Notes: generated from the sequence alone by a model not told the origin. Counted from the first letter of the stretch, positions 1-9,626 are shown. The stretch is 64,000 nucleotides of DNA from a virus (IMGVR_UViG_3300032243_001145:32001-96000); one strand, 5' to 3'. Made by a program: numbers and translations.

Positions 1-55
1 CATCTATGCCCAAAACTCTATTTGCTTTTGTTTTAATTAAACTAGCTAATTTCAT
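1..55 (-). CDS. RuvC-like Holliday junction resolvase, N-terminal fragment (runs off the window)
   Basis: Manual translation from ATG at 55: MKLASLIKTKANRVLGID..., matching the RuvC first-strand motif (VLGID). Only 18 codons visible. Confidence 0.55.
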   Translation of the reverse strand, partial: MKLASLIKTKANRVLGID

Positions 56-320
56 CTATAATTTCCTGTAACAAATTTTTTGACTTTGCATTTGTTTTTT
101 TAATGCAGGATGAACAAATATCTTCTATGTTATACCTGCTAAGTTGAGACTTGCATTTTTTACAAAGTCTAGTAGCTCCGTTTTTAATTGCTTTTTTTTC
201 ATAATATTTTTCCATGATTCTTTTGTTAGTAGCTATTCGGCAGCATTCATCAGAACAATATTTTTGATTATGAGTTTTTGAATTAAATTGTTTTGCACAC
301 TCAGCATTAGCGCAAATCAT
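42..320 (-). CDS. Small Cys-rich zinc-binding protein
   Basis: CxxxxC...YCSxxC and CxxC...CxxC motifs; overlaps both neighbours. Confidence 0.7.
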   Translation of the reverse strand: MICANAECAKQFNSKTHNQKYCSDECCRIATNKRIMEKYYEKKAIKNGATRLCKKCKSQLSRYNIEDICSSCIKKTNAKSKNLLQEIIDEIS

Positions 321-1108
321 AAAATTGGCACCTTGTATAAACTTATCTCGACTGTACCAACTGGACCCGATTTATCGTAACATGCTTTTTTAACGGGGCA
401 ATAAGTGCATGGCATTTTAGATTTTGTTGCTCCAGCAGGCCTTACAGGAAGATCTCCGTTCTGGAAATTGTCCCAAACCTGCTCCATCCACGCAAAAGCC
501 TCTTCAATAATTGCTTTATTTTTATCGTTCATAGAAATAGGTATAATCAAAATCTCTTGAGTATTTTTGTTTTCATACAAGAAAAAGCCTTCTTTAGCAT
601 TTTTTAACTTCATGTATGTAAGTAGCTGTAACATGTGGTTAGCTGATGATTTCATCTCTGATTGACGAGTATCCCAAACCTCTTGCTTTGCCGTTTTGAT
701 TTCGCCAATAACTGTTTCGCCATCATACTCCATGATAAGGTCTATAAAACCTCTAATTGGCGGATACTCATTAATAATTTCTTCTTCTTCTGCTCTCCAC
801 TCTGGCATAGTAGAAATAAGTTTTTGCAGTCTTTCATGCGCTTGGGTTCCTTGTGCCATATTAGCAACTGCAACTGCGTCATTATCGTCAATAAACACTG
901 CACCAGAAAATGCCATGTACCAATATCTAGGACAGTTACCATGCCCATAACCCAATGAACTTGGGCTAAAAGACTTCTTAGTCATTTGTCCATCTGCTCT
1001 TTTAGTATTCCTATATGACTCATCAAGCAATGATGCAAACTTTTCTGGGTCAAAAAATTTTCCAGTATGTTTTTTAAACTTAAGGTTCTTTACAATATCT
1101 CTAGCCAT
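317..1108 (-). CDS. Cas4-like PD-(D/E)xK exonuclease (stand-alone, phage type)
   Basis: SPSS...CPRYWY, GTQAHE, GFID...EIKT, QLLTY and C-terminal CxxCPxxxxC (Fe-S cysteines). Start moved to MARDIV. Confidence 0.85.
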   Translation of the reverse strand: MARDIVKNLKFKKHTGKFFDPEKFASLLDESYRNTKRADGQMTKKSFSPSSLGYGHGNCPRYWYMAFSGAVFIDDNDAVAVANMAQGTQAHERLQKLISTMPEWRAEEEEIINEYPPIRGFIDLIMEYDGETVIGEIKTAKQEVWDTRQSEMKSSANHMLQLLTYMKLKNAKEGFFLYENKNTQEILIIPISMNDKNKAIIEEAFAWMEQVWDNFQNGDLPVRPAGATKSKMPCTYCPVKKACYDKSGPVGTVEISLYKVPIL

Positions 1109-1265
1109 TAATAAACCTAAACACAATATCTGCGCCTAACCAAATGCCTACGATGCCCATTACTGCTGGAAAATATGGTGGTGCTGGTACTGGTAGTTTA
1201 AATGCAGCAAAAATTCCTCCAAGGACTGCGCCAGTAAATGTACAGAGTAATATGTCTTTAATCAT
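1101..1265 (-). CDS. XapX-domain (DUF1427-like) small membrane protein, 54 aa
   Basis: Not in the ORF track. Manual translation: MIKDILLCTFTGAVLGGIFAAFKLPVPAPPYFPAVMGIVGIWLGADIVFRFING; two hydrophobic helices around LPVPAPP; fills the gap exactly. Confidence 0.8.
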   Translation of the reverse strand: MIKDILLCTFTGAVLGGIFAAFKLPVPAPPYFPAVMGIVGIWLGADIVFRFING

Positions 1266-1603
1266 TATGAGTTGTACCTAACTACATATTTAAGTGCATC
1301 TACAAGTTTGTCTATGGACTCTTTAAGTGAATAATATACGTTCTTTTTATTATTGTTTATTGTTCCCGCTTTATCTTTTGCAATAGTAGAATAAACTGAA
1401 GACATGACAGCAAACTTAGTAGACATTGCTTGAAGTTCCATAATGAGCATTGGCGCTTTAGCAGAAGGCACATCTGGATTCATTAAAAGCTTTACAACAA
1501 TAGAAAGCGCCCTATCTAAATGTTCATCATTCATGAACTCATGTAAATCATTAAACTCTGTTATATCACTAATTAGTTCAAGCGTATTTTTATCTTCTGT
1601 CAT
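1265..1603 (-). CDS. Hypothetical protein, helical
   Basis: 112-aa ORF tightly packed in the operon. Confidence 0.75.
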   Translation of the reverse strand: MTEDKNTLELISDITEFNDLHEFMNDEHLDRALSIVVKLLMNPDVPSAKAPMLIMELQAMSTKFAVMSSVYSTIAKDKAGTINNNKKNVYYSLKESIDKLVDALKYVVRYNS

Positions 1604-1694
1604 TTTTAATCCTTTTGTCTAGTCGATCTATAAATATACCAAAAAAATATCCTACTGAAAAGCCAATAATTAAACCAAAAAAAAATTTAATCAT
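1590..1694 (-). CDS. Small single-pass membrane protein, 34 aa
   Basis: Manual translation MIKFFFGLIIGFSVGYFFGIFIDRLDKRIKNDRR; overlaps both neighbours. Confidence 0.6.
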   Translation of the reverse strand: MIKFFFGLIIGFSVGYFFGIFIDRLDKRIKNDRR

Positions 1695-2376
1695 TTTTAT
1701 ATGTCACATTCATGTTTAAATAATCAACTTCATGTTTACCAATTGATTCATTATTTTCATTAATTGCTTTTTTATACATTTTTGCAAACTTTCCTCTATC
1801 GGTAAATTCTTTCATTTTTTTTAAATAATTTTTTGTGTCATGAATTTTTTTAAATGGAATTGTTTTATTATGAAATATTAAATTTGAATTATCAAACTGT
1901 TTAATTGATATTGGTAATACACATGCTATATTTGTAAATGCTGGTATAAATATTTCTTTATTTGGTTCATGTATTTTCCACACAATAGGCAAAAGCCCTG
2001 TAAAAAATGAAGTTGATAAAACTGTTGAAATGCAAGAAGCTTCTTTTTTAAACTGATTTGGCACTGGCATTGTTAAAAGGCTTGTGTTGTCTTTAGTTTT
2101 AAAAATTAAATTTGTGTGAAAGCTTACTGTACCTTGTCCTCTACCAATCCATATATGCTCTTTTCCTAATATGCCAGAGACACCACCTTCTGATGATCCG
2201 TCCCAAATAAAAGAGATATCTTCTTCAAAATAAATTCCATACCCTATTTGATTAGCTGTTGTAAGGGGGTAGCAATTGTAAGTTCGTGGATCAATCCAGT
2301 CTCTTTTTATATCAAGCGACCTTACTTTAGCAGATTTTCTTTTTGCATCTTCTAAATAAACATCAAATTCATACAT
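1687..2376 (-). CDS. DUF6065-like protein (paralog of 48546 and 49234 genes)
   Basis: RDWID...YNCYPLTTANQIGYGI, LLTMPVPNQF, C-terminal IGKHEV shared with the paralogs. Start moved to MYEFDV. Confidence 0.75.
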   Translation of the reverse strand: MYEFDVYLEDAKRKSAKVRSLDIKRDWIDPRTYNCYPLTTANQIGYGIYFEEDISFIWDGSSEGGVSGILGKEHIWIGRGQGTVSFHTNLIFKTKDNTSLLTMPVPNQFKKEASCISTVLSTSFFTGLLPIVWKIHEPNKEIFIPAFTNIACVLPISIKQFDNSNLIFHNKTIPFKKIHDTKNYLKKMKEFTDRGKFAKMYKKAINENNESIGKHEVDYLNMNVTYKND

Positions 2377-2674
2377 TATTGTCTTCCCAACACTGTATAA
2401 GCTCTTCCAAAATAGACCATTCAATTATTCCAAGTCTTACTTTAGAGTTTTCTCCTATAATTATTTTAAGCGCTGGGTGCATATCTCTATTTACTTTAAA
2501 TGTGTCTGTACATATTTTAGACCAAACATCTTTATTTAATGTAAAAGATTTTGAAGCTTCTTTGTAATCTACTAAAAAATTATTCCATTGAGCATCGCCT
2601 TTTTGATAATTTCCTCTTCCGCTGTTTTTTTGAGCTTTAGCTCCATCTCTTTTTACCTCTGATCTTTCAGACAA
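2369..2674 (-). CDS. Hjc-like / PD-(D/E)xK Holliday junction resolvase
   Basis: SER...NSGRG...KGDA...VDYK pattern; probable TTG start at 2674 right after the upstream stop. Confidence 0.65.
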   Translation of the reverse strand: MSERSEVKRDGAKAQKNSGRGNYQKGDAQWNNFLVDYKEASKSFTLNKDVWSKICTDTFKVNRDMHPALKIIIGENSKVRLGIIEWSILEELIQCWEDNNV

Positions 2675-2675
2675 A

Positions 2676-3566
2676 CTATTCACCAACTTTAATTTCAAAT
2701 TTTGGAAAAACTGTTTTAAATTTAGGATGCTTTTTTCCATCATATGAAACATGAATAAGATTAGATCCATCTTCCCAACTTTTTTTTCTTCTTTCATTAT
2801 CAATTTCAGCAATTTTTTCTTCCCCTAATATTTCTTTTTGAGCTATCCATTCTTCTGTTCCGTGAAATTTATAAGCTAAAAACATTCTAATTAAATATCT
2901 ATCTTCTTCAAAAAATGGAAAAACGCCATGATAAAATGGTCTTGCGCTTGGAAATACTGTTATATCTCCTGCTTTTGGTTTATAGTTATGAATTGTATTT
3001 GTTTTTTCATCATAAAAAGAAACTTCTCCTCCACTATAATTATCATTTAAATACATTGTAACGGTTATGGTTAACTTTAATCCAGCCGATTCTGCATCAT
3101 CATCATTAAAGTCTGTGTGATAATTCATTGCAATAGAAGAATAATCGTAACTAGATTTTAAATTTGGCTTATTATATTTTAATATGGTCCCCCCAGGTAT
3201 TTTCCAAACATCTTTTATAAATAAATTCCATGTTGGAAAATCATATTGCCAAATTTTTTCATCTTTATTTTCAAATACATAATCTTTAATAACATCATTA
3301 AAAACATCATATAAATTTTTAATAATTACTTCTTCTTCATAAAAATTGCTATCTAAAACATTATCTGCAATTTTATCTTTATTAAATTGAGAAGATCTGC
3401 CTGGCCAATTTGCATTCCAATCCTGCCAAGGATTAATTGCATATTTTTTATCGGTATAAGATTCTGTTTTTTTAATATAATTTAAAATATCTTTATGATT
3501 TGGTAAAGCATTTTCATATACATAAAGGTTGTTAAAAATAATATTTTTTTGAAATTTTTTATTCAT
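2676..3566 (-). CDS. 2OG-Fe(II) oxygenase, prolyl-4-hydroxylase-like
   Basis: HTD...MYLNDNYSGGE...KPKAGD...FPS...HGV...R. Confidence 0.88.
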   Translation of the reverse strand: MNKKFQKNIIFNNLYVYENALPNHKDILNYIKKTESYTDKKYAINPWQDWNANWPGRSSQFNKDKIADNVLDSNFYEEEVIIKNLYDVFNDVIKDYVFENKDEKIWQYDFPTWNLFIKDVWKIPGGTILKYNKPNLKSSYDYSSIAMNYHTDFNDDDAESAGLKLTITVTMYLNDNYSGGEVSFYDEKTNTIHNYKPKAGDITVFPSARPFYHGVFPFFEEDRYLIRMFLAYKFHGTEEWIAQKEILGEEKIAEIDNERRKKSWEDGSNLIHVSYDGKKHPKFKTVFPKFEIKVGE

Positions 3567-3758
3567 TTATCCAACCTTATGTATTGTTTCATGGCCATTT
3601 GAGCATGTCCACTTCATTATTAAATTTTTAAAATCCCACAACCCACCATCTACATCAATATCACATTTGGAACAAGGTTTTTTTCCTGGAAGCTCTTCGA
3701 ATGTAGAATCGTTTGCTACCAGTGTTTCTTTATTAAAAAATTCATCAAGCTTTGGCAT
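3567..3758 (-). CDS. Small zinc-ribbon protein
   Basis: CxxC...CxxxH. Confidence 0.65.
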   Translation of the reverse strand: MPKLDEFFNKETLVANDSTFEELPGKKPCSKCDIDVDGGLWDFKNLIMKWTCSNGHETIHKVG

Positions 3759-4749
3759 TTATTTCTCCTACTAAGTTGTCTACAACATCGGGATTTTCCC
3801 TCAAATATGATACAGCTTTTGCACGTCCTTGAATACGTTCTCCATTTATTGTATACCACGCCCCACCTTTTTCAATTGCTCCAATCATTTCTGCAACGTC
3901 AAGAGTTTCTCCCACTCCATCTACTCCAAGAGACTCTCCTTGGTAGTAGAAATCGTATTGTCCTGAAAGATTAGGGGGGCCGAGCTTGTTGTAATCAATA
4001 ATCCAATTGACTGGTCTGCCAACTCTTTGTTCAATAATTTTGTCACCAACTTTAATGCCAGCTTTGATAGCATTAGCTTCAGCCTCAGAAGACCAAAGCT
4101 TAATGACGGTGGAAGAGAAGAACTTGACTGCCATTCCTCCTGTCGGTATGTGGGAGGCATGCATAGATCCAAACTGATTTCTCTGTTGTGAGATGAGTAC
4201 CAATAGTGTGTTCTTATTTGCATAGTTTAACATCTTGACTGCGTGAGTCATATCCTTTGCTTCAGCGCCGATTTGCTTTGTGTCTTGCAAATCTTTCATT
4301 TCATTTCCATCTTTTTCAAAATAAATAGCTGGTAGTAGCGCCGATATAGAATCTACTACGATAATATCAACACCAGCGTCCATTAGCTTTGTAGCAACAT
4401 CGACCATATCATTAACTGTTTTGGCTGAAGAATAGATAAGGGAAGACGAATCTACTCCAAGCATCTCTGCCCAAGCCTGATCGTAAGAGGCTTCAGCATC
4501 AATCCACGCACAAGTCTTGCGTTCTTTTTGTGCAAGCGCAATCATTTGCAAACAGAATGAAGACTTTCCTGCTGACTTATTTCCCCAAACAAGAACCTGT
4601 CTTCCATATCCAAGCCCACCCTTTAAAGCCATGTTTAGGCCAATGCTTGGTGTCTTTTGCTTTTCTACTTTTACATCTTGTGCTGCTTTAACTCTTGCTC
4701 TTGTTTTTGGATCTAGTGCTGCTAGGATATCGTCTATAGCTATAGTCAT
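3745..4749 (-). CDS. recA: RecA recombinase
   Basis: Walker A GNKSAGKS, IDAE, IVVDSISAL, ISQQR, TGGMAVKFFSS, KGGAWY. Confidence 0.95.
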   Translation of the reverse strand: MTIAIDDILAALDPKTRARVKAAQDVKVEKQKTPSIGLNMALKGGLGYGRQVLVWGNKSAGKSSFCLQMIALAQKERKTCAWIDAEASYDQAWAEMLGVDSSSLIYSSAKTVNDMVDVATKLMDAGVDIIVVDSISALLPAIYFEKDGNEMKDLQDTKQIGAEAKDMTHAVKMLNYANKNTLLVLISQQRNQFGSMHASHIPTGGMAVKFFSSTVIKLWSSEAEANAIKAGIKVGDKIIEQRVGRPVNWIIDYNKLGPPNLSGQYDFYYQGESLGVDGVGETLDVAEMIGAIEKGGAWYTINGERIQGRAKAVSYLRENPDVVDNLVGEINAKA

Positions 4750-4770
4750 TTATTCTCTTTCTTTTATACA

Positions 4771-4799
4771 ATTATATCATTAAAATAAATTGCCGTGAA
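4771..4799 (-). promoter_or_regulatory. Sigma70-type promoter for recA (extended -10)
   Basis: Minus strand TTCACG-N17-TATAAT with TG (TGATATAAT). Confidence 0.6.
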
Positions 4800-5169
4800 G
4801 CCTTGGTCTATCTTTATTTTTTTCCATTTTTTTAAATAAAACTTCATCTAGGCTGTGATCTACAAATCCTCCATTACGCATTGATGCATATAGATCAAGA
4901 GTTCTAATTAATATATCAACCATTTCTTCTACAATTTCTTCTGAGCCTTTGTTTTTTCTCATTGCTTCAAGAACTTCAGTTACTTCAGAATGCACTAATG
5001 CTAATTTGTTTCCAAATACATCAAAGTTTTTTGGTTTATCCCAAAATCCTTTTTCAATAGCAATTTCATGCAGCAATGCAGCTAAAACATCTAGCCCATA
5101 ATCTGTTGCCAACTCTACATCTTTATTCGAAGCTCTCAATGAGCTGGTCGTTATTGAACCCTGATTCAT
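4780..5169 (-). CDS. MazG-like NTP pyrophosphohydrolase
   Basis: LALVHSEVTEVLEA...EEMVDILIR acidic helical motif. Confidence 0.85.
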   Translation of the reverse strand: MNQGSITTSSLRASNKDVELATDYGLDVLAALLHEIAIEKGFWDKPKNFDVFGNKLALVHSEVTEVLEAMRKNKGSEEIVEEMVDILIRTLDLYASMRNGGFVDHSLDEVLFKKMEKNKDRPRLHGNLF

Positions 5170-5374
5170 TTTTTCCTTTTAATGTAAATGTAAATGTCTG
5201 ATCATCTGAATTGTAATCAACCTTAAGCTCTTGATCTTCTGTAGCAGCATTCATAAACAAGTCCGTTGGTACGGTTATTGTTCCAAGTGTCTGAAGAGAA
5301 GCAATTAAAATTTTTGGTACGCTTAAAGCACCAAAAACTTCTTCTGCTGTACTAACCTTAATTTCTTCTGTCAT
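5123..5374 (-). CDS. Hypothetical acidic protein
   Basis: 83-aa ORF with ATGA overlap to dnaE. Confidence 0.65.
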   Translation of the reverse strand: MTEEIKVSTAEEVFGALSVPKILIASLQTLGTITVPTDLFMNAATEDQELKVDYNSDDQTFTFTLKGKNESGFNNDQLIESFE

Positions 5375-8300
5375 TTTATCTCCTTGATATTTAATGTTCC
5401 ATCATCTAATTTTGACAATGTAACTTTGCATTTCATACCTTCACGCATTTTTGCTAAAGTCATTTTATACATCGCTGGGAAAGCAATTGCTCTTGTTAGG
5501 TTCTTATCTTTATCTGATAGTACTATGTGACTCATTTGTTTTCCAGCCTTTGTTGTATAAGGGGTAAAGTTTACCACAATATACTCGTCCTCTTCAAGGT
5601 CATACTTCTTTCTATATAAATAGTCCACAAATAGATCATTTGAATCTGGATTGATGTCTGATACCTTGATGTATCTTGCTATTCTATTATCTCCAACAAG
5701 AATAAAATACATTTGTCCTGTTTCAATTTGTGTTTGCTCTGTATGAAACAAACCAATAGATCCAGTTTCATCTACAAGTTCTACCCTTGCCCAGCCATTT
5801 CCACGCTTAATAGATTTAACCATTCCAAACATAACAAAAGAACCTAAGTCATCAAACTCTTCAATTGGTCTTGCTTGTGCTTTAATTCTTGGTGGAATTC
5901 CTTCAAGATTAAATGTTGGAATGTTTAAATATTCGTAGTAATTGTCTTTTTCATTTCCTTGCCTTTTATTATCAGCAAACGCAGCACCGCCGATGGCGTT
6001 AAGAGCAGCAATAGCACGGCTATTAATGCCAGAACCCTTTTTCGATGCTTTATCAATAAAGTCAGCATAGTCACTGAACGGTCTTCTTTCTATTATTTTA
6101 TTAGCAATACTGTCTGAAATAAACTTTACTTCAGCTAAACCAAAACGAATTGCGTTATCTTGTAAAGAAAAATATACTTGGGATTCATTTATATGTGGCA
6201 AAAGCACTTTTAGTCCAAGACGCTTTGCTTCAATTAAATATTCTGTTCTCGCATCTTTATCATTTTCGTTTTTAAGAATTGAAAACATGAACTCAAGTGG
6301 ATAATAAAACTTAAGCCAAGCAGCATAATAACTAAGCATAGAGTAAGCAACAGCATGGGAGCGGTTAAAAGAATAACCAGCATGCGCTTCAAAATCATGC
6401 CATAGCGCTTCGGCTTTTTTCTTAGAAATGTGCTTTGAAGCCCCAGTAACAAACTTATCCTTAAACTGGTCAAATTCTTTTGCATCTTTTTTCTTTCCAA
6501 TAATCTTGCGGACCTTATCAGCCTCTGCCCAAGTCATACCACCCAAGTGTACGCATGCTTGCATAACCTGCTCTTGATATATGATAACACCATATGTATT
6601 CTCGGTAAAAGGCTTCATGATTGTGTGCATATAATCTACAGCTTCATTGCCATTTTTGCGGTTAATGTATGCAGCTCCCACTGTATTCATTGCACCAGGA
6701 CGAACAAGAGCATTGGAAGCAGCAAGGTCTTCAAATTTATCTATGCCCATTTTAATCAAAAGGTTTGTATATGGCGTTGCTTCTGCCTGGAACACACCCT
6801 TTGTATACCCATCGTTTAACATCTTGTAAACATTAGCATCGTCCATAGTCATTTTAGAAAGATTAATTGTTTTGCCGTATCGATCTTTAATTGATTTGAG
6901 GGTATCGGAGATTACAGATAAAGTCTTAAGACCTAGTGCATCTAGCTTAATAAGACCTATATCTGCAACTGTATCCATATCGTATGCAACGACTGGAATT
7001 CTTCCTGATACTTTATCTTGAGAGTCTTCACGAGATTCAACTGGTGCAAACTTTCTTAAATCATCCTTTGCAACAACTACGCCAGCGGCGTGTACACCAA
7101 CTGATCTAATTCTTCCACGAAGTCTATCAGCAAGCCAAACAACTTCTGGGTAACGCATTCTAAATTCTTTTGTATTAGGGGAATCAATAAAGTCTTCAAA
7201 AGTATCCACTGACTTTAGTGCACGGTTAACTTCTTGAAGTGGAACCATAAAAACACGAGAGGCATCTCTAACTACACCTTTATCTTTAAAGTATGTATAG
7301 GTAGAGATAGAGGCAACATGCTTAAATTTTTTCTTTAAATAATCTTTAACTTCTTTTCTTCTACGATCTTCAAAATCCGTATCAATATCTGGAAAGTCAT
7401 TTCTTTCTTCATTAATAAATCTAAAAAACAAAAGATCATATTTAATTGGATCTACATCTGTAATTCCTAACGTATAACAAACTAAAGATCCAGCTGCAGA
7501 GCCACGTCCTGGGCCAACCCTTATATCATTTTCTTTAGCCCAATTAATCATATCTCCAACAACAAGGAAGTATGAGGCAAAATTCTTTTTAGCAATAATG
7601 CCAAGCTCTTCGTTAAGCCTGTCAATATAAATGGGGTTTGAAGCCTTCTGAAGGCTCTCTAAGCCTTTTTCAGCCAACTCCCTTAGTCTTTCATCGGCGT
7701 CTGTCTTTGGGACTGGCAGAAGGTCTAGGCCCTGATAAAAATTATATTCTCCTACTTTTTTTGCAATTTCCATTGTATTCTCATATATGTCTGTTCGATT
7801 AATTCCAGCTTTGTTAAAGTCTGCTTCTATCTCAGAACGGCTTTGAATAAATAAATTCATATCTTGGAATGATATTCTACGGTCAGGATAAAGATAATTA
7901 AATCTATCTAACATGTCCTTGATATTTCTAGACATATCAAAGTCTGCATCCTTATCTATCTTAGGAGATGTAGATAAAATTAGTAGTGCTTCTTCTAATA
8001 TTCTATCTTCTTCTTTAGCAAAGTGAGCATCTCCTGTTGCCACCGCTTTAATTTTTAATTTATCGGCTAGTTCTAATAGTTTTCCGTTTATATCTGCAGG
8101 ATTATGTGACTGAACCTCAACATAAAAATCTGCACCAAAAGTGTTTTGAAAATCTTTTAAAATATCTTCTGCTTCTTGAAAGTTTTCTTTTTCAATACAC
8201 TTGCTTACAAGACCATTAAGGCATCCAGAAAGCACAATAATTCCTTCTGCGTATTGCTTTAATACTTCTCTATCAATACGTGGCTTGTGATAAAAACCTT

Positions 8301-8640
8301 CATTCCATGCAAGCTCTTGAAGAATATTTATATTTTCTAATCCTTTTTTATTTTTTGCTAGCAAAATAATATGATTATAAGCTTGAATAGATTTGTCTGT
8401 TTTAGAAGATCTATCAAATCTATCTGTTGGAGAAATATAAGCCTCAACACCAAGAATTGGTTTAATGCCAGTTTCTTTTGCGGCAATTTGCATATCTCTA
8501 TGTGACGAGAGAGTTCCATGATCTGTAATTGCAATCGCAGTTTGCCCAGCATCTAATGCTGCTTGACATAATTCTTTAGGTGAATTTAATCCATCCATTA
8601 ATGAATAGTATGAATGAACATGTAGGTGTGTAAAACTCAT
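5371..8640 (-). CDS. dnaE: DNA polymerase III alpha subunit (family C)
   Basis: PHP HLHVHS...TDHG, GRGSAAGSLV, PDIDTDF, HAAGVV, KLDALGL, YSFNRSHA; no intein visible. Start MSFTHLH. Confidence 0.97.
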   Translation of the reverse strand: MSFTHLHVHSYYSLMDGLNSPKELCQAALDAGQTAIAITDHGTLSSHRDMQIAAKETGIKPILGVEAYISPTDRFDRSSKTDKSIQAYNHIILLAKNKKGLENINILQELAWNEGFYHKPRIDREVLKQYAEGIIVLSGCLNGLVSKCIEKENFQEAEDILKDFQNTFGADFYVEVQSHNPADINGKLLELADKLKIKAVATGDAHFAKEEDRILEEALLILSTSPKIDKDADFDMSRNIKDMLDRFNYLYPDRRISFQDMNLFIQSRSEIEADFNKAGINRTDIYENTMEIAKKVGEYNFYQGLDLLPVPKTDADERLRELAEKGLESLQKASNPIYIDRLNEELGIIAKKNFASYFLVVGDMINWAKENDIRVGPGRGSAAGSLVCYTLGITDVDPIKYDLLFFRFINEERNDFPDIDTDFEDRRRKEVKDYLKKKFKHVASISTYTYFKDKGVVRDASRVFMVPLQEVNRALKSVDTFEDFIDSPNTKEFRMRYPEVVWLADRLRGRIRSVGVHAAGVVVAKDDLRKFAPVESREDSQDKVSGRIPVVAYDMDTVADIGLIKLDALGLKTLSVISDTLKSIKDRYGKTINLSKMTMDDANVYKMLNDGYTKGVFQAEATPYTNLLIKMGIDKFEDLAASNALVRPGAMNTVGAAYINRKNGNEAVDYMHTIMKPFTENTYGVIIYQEQVMQACVHLGGMTWAEADKVRKIIGKKKDAKEFDQFKDKFVTGASKHISKKKAEALWHDFEAHAGYSFNRSHAVAYSMLSYYAAWLKFYYPLEFMFSILKNENDKDARTEYLIEAKRLGLKVLLPHINESQVYFSLQDNAIRFGLAEVKFISDSIANKIIERRPFSDYADFIDKASKKGSGINSRAIAALNAIGGAAFADNKRQGNEKDNYYEYLNIPTFNLEGIPPRIKAQARPIEEFDDLGSFVMFGMVKSIKRGNGWARVELVDETGSIGLFHTEQTQIETGQMYFILVGDNRIARYIKVSDINPDSNDLFVDYLYRKKYDLEEDEYIVVNFTPYTTKAGKQMSHIVLSDKDKNLTRAIAFPAMYKMTLAKMREGMKCKVTLSKLDDGTLNIKEIK

Positions 8641-8846
8641 TAATATCCACCTAAACATTCATTTCTTGTATGATAAAGTCTAATCTTTGTCATAGTTTTT
8701 TTATTTGGAGCATCTAAATCTTCATTGCATGTGCTACAACTAAACGTCCATTCTTTAGTAAAAAAGTTATAGCCATAACCAAAACGATCTTTGTATTTAT
8801 TTGCCACAAATGTATCAAATGGATCTGGTATTTCATATGAAATCAT
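8640..8846 (-). CDS. Small zinc-finger protein
   Basis: CxxC...HxxxxC; TAATG overlap with dnaE. Confidence 0.7.
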   Translation of the reverse strand: MISYEIPDPFDTFVANKYKDRFGYGYNFFTKEWTFSCSTCNEDLDAPNKKTMTKIRLYHTRNECLGGY

Positions 8847-8868
8847 GTTGATATTCTACTAAATAATA

Positions 8869-8894
8869 CAGGGGCGGTCAATAGACCGCCCCTG
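8869..8894 (-). terminator. Intrinsic terminator after SSB gene
   Basis: Perfect 11-bp stem CAGGGGCGGTC/GACCGCCCCTG, 4-nt loop, followed by TATTATTT on the minus strand. Confidence 0.85.
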
Positions 8895-8906
8895 ATATTT
8901 AACTTT

Positions 8907-9578
8907 TTACCAGTCTAAGTTGCTGCTTGTGGCTGAAGGCTCATCTGCATGAGTACTTTCACCAGCAAAAAAAGCTTCTTGTTCTGTATACGGCATATCA
9001 CGAACTGCTGATGTTTCAAGATCAAACAACTCTAGCGTTGAGGCATCAAAAGGAGTTTCATCTTTTGCTAACGGGATGATTGTGTAGCTTGTGTCTGTCT
9101 TTGTTCCAGAACGCTTAACACGCCACATCAGATTAGTGATGCTTCCCATTTCGCCAGCATATTCAATTAATGTTGGAGTAATTGTTTTACCGCTTGATCC
9201 CTGAGAAAGAATAGCCACGTATGGGTCTTCCTTGCCATCGTCAACAAGAACGTTAATGTAAAGTCGTGAACGACCCTTCCATCCTGCCTTGTAATCTTTA
9301 CGGTGTTGCTCACATCCGTAGCATTTGCCTTGGTCTTCCATTGTACAAAGCCCCTTGCGGCGATAATCCTTTGGATTTGTATGCTCTACAGCAATAAATC
9401 CTAAACCAGCTTTTTCATTGTAAGTTGGTGAATCTGGATCTAGTTCCTGCAAGAAACGAATCTTTACGCTTTCTGCATCCTCTAGCTTTACCCAACGACC
9501 TTTTGTACCTTCGCCACCACTTGACTGCGGCTTGTCCATAACTTTATTAAGATCTTTCAGACCTTTTACTATTCCCAT
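8907..9578 (-). CDS. Single-stranded DNA-binding protein (gp32-like)
   Basis: VKIRFL, H...C...CxxC zinc site, RLYINV, RSGTKTDTSYTI, acidic tail ending LDW; lies between primase and polymerase. Confidence 0.75.
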   Translation of the reverse strand: MGIVKGLKDLNKVMDKPQSSGGEGTKGRWVKLEDAESVKIRFLQELDPDSPTYNEKAGLGFIAVEHTNPKDYRRKGLCTMEDQGKCYGCEQHRKDYKAGWKGRSRLYINVLVDDGKEDPYVAILSQGSSGKTITPTLIEYAGEMGSITNLMWRVKRSGTKTDTSYTIIPLAKDETPFDASTLELFDLETSAVRDMPYTEQEAFFAGESTHADEPSATSSNLDW

Positions 9579-9626
9579 ATTTTTCTCCTTTATAGTTGAT
9601 GGTATAAATCCATTTGTTTATTATTT

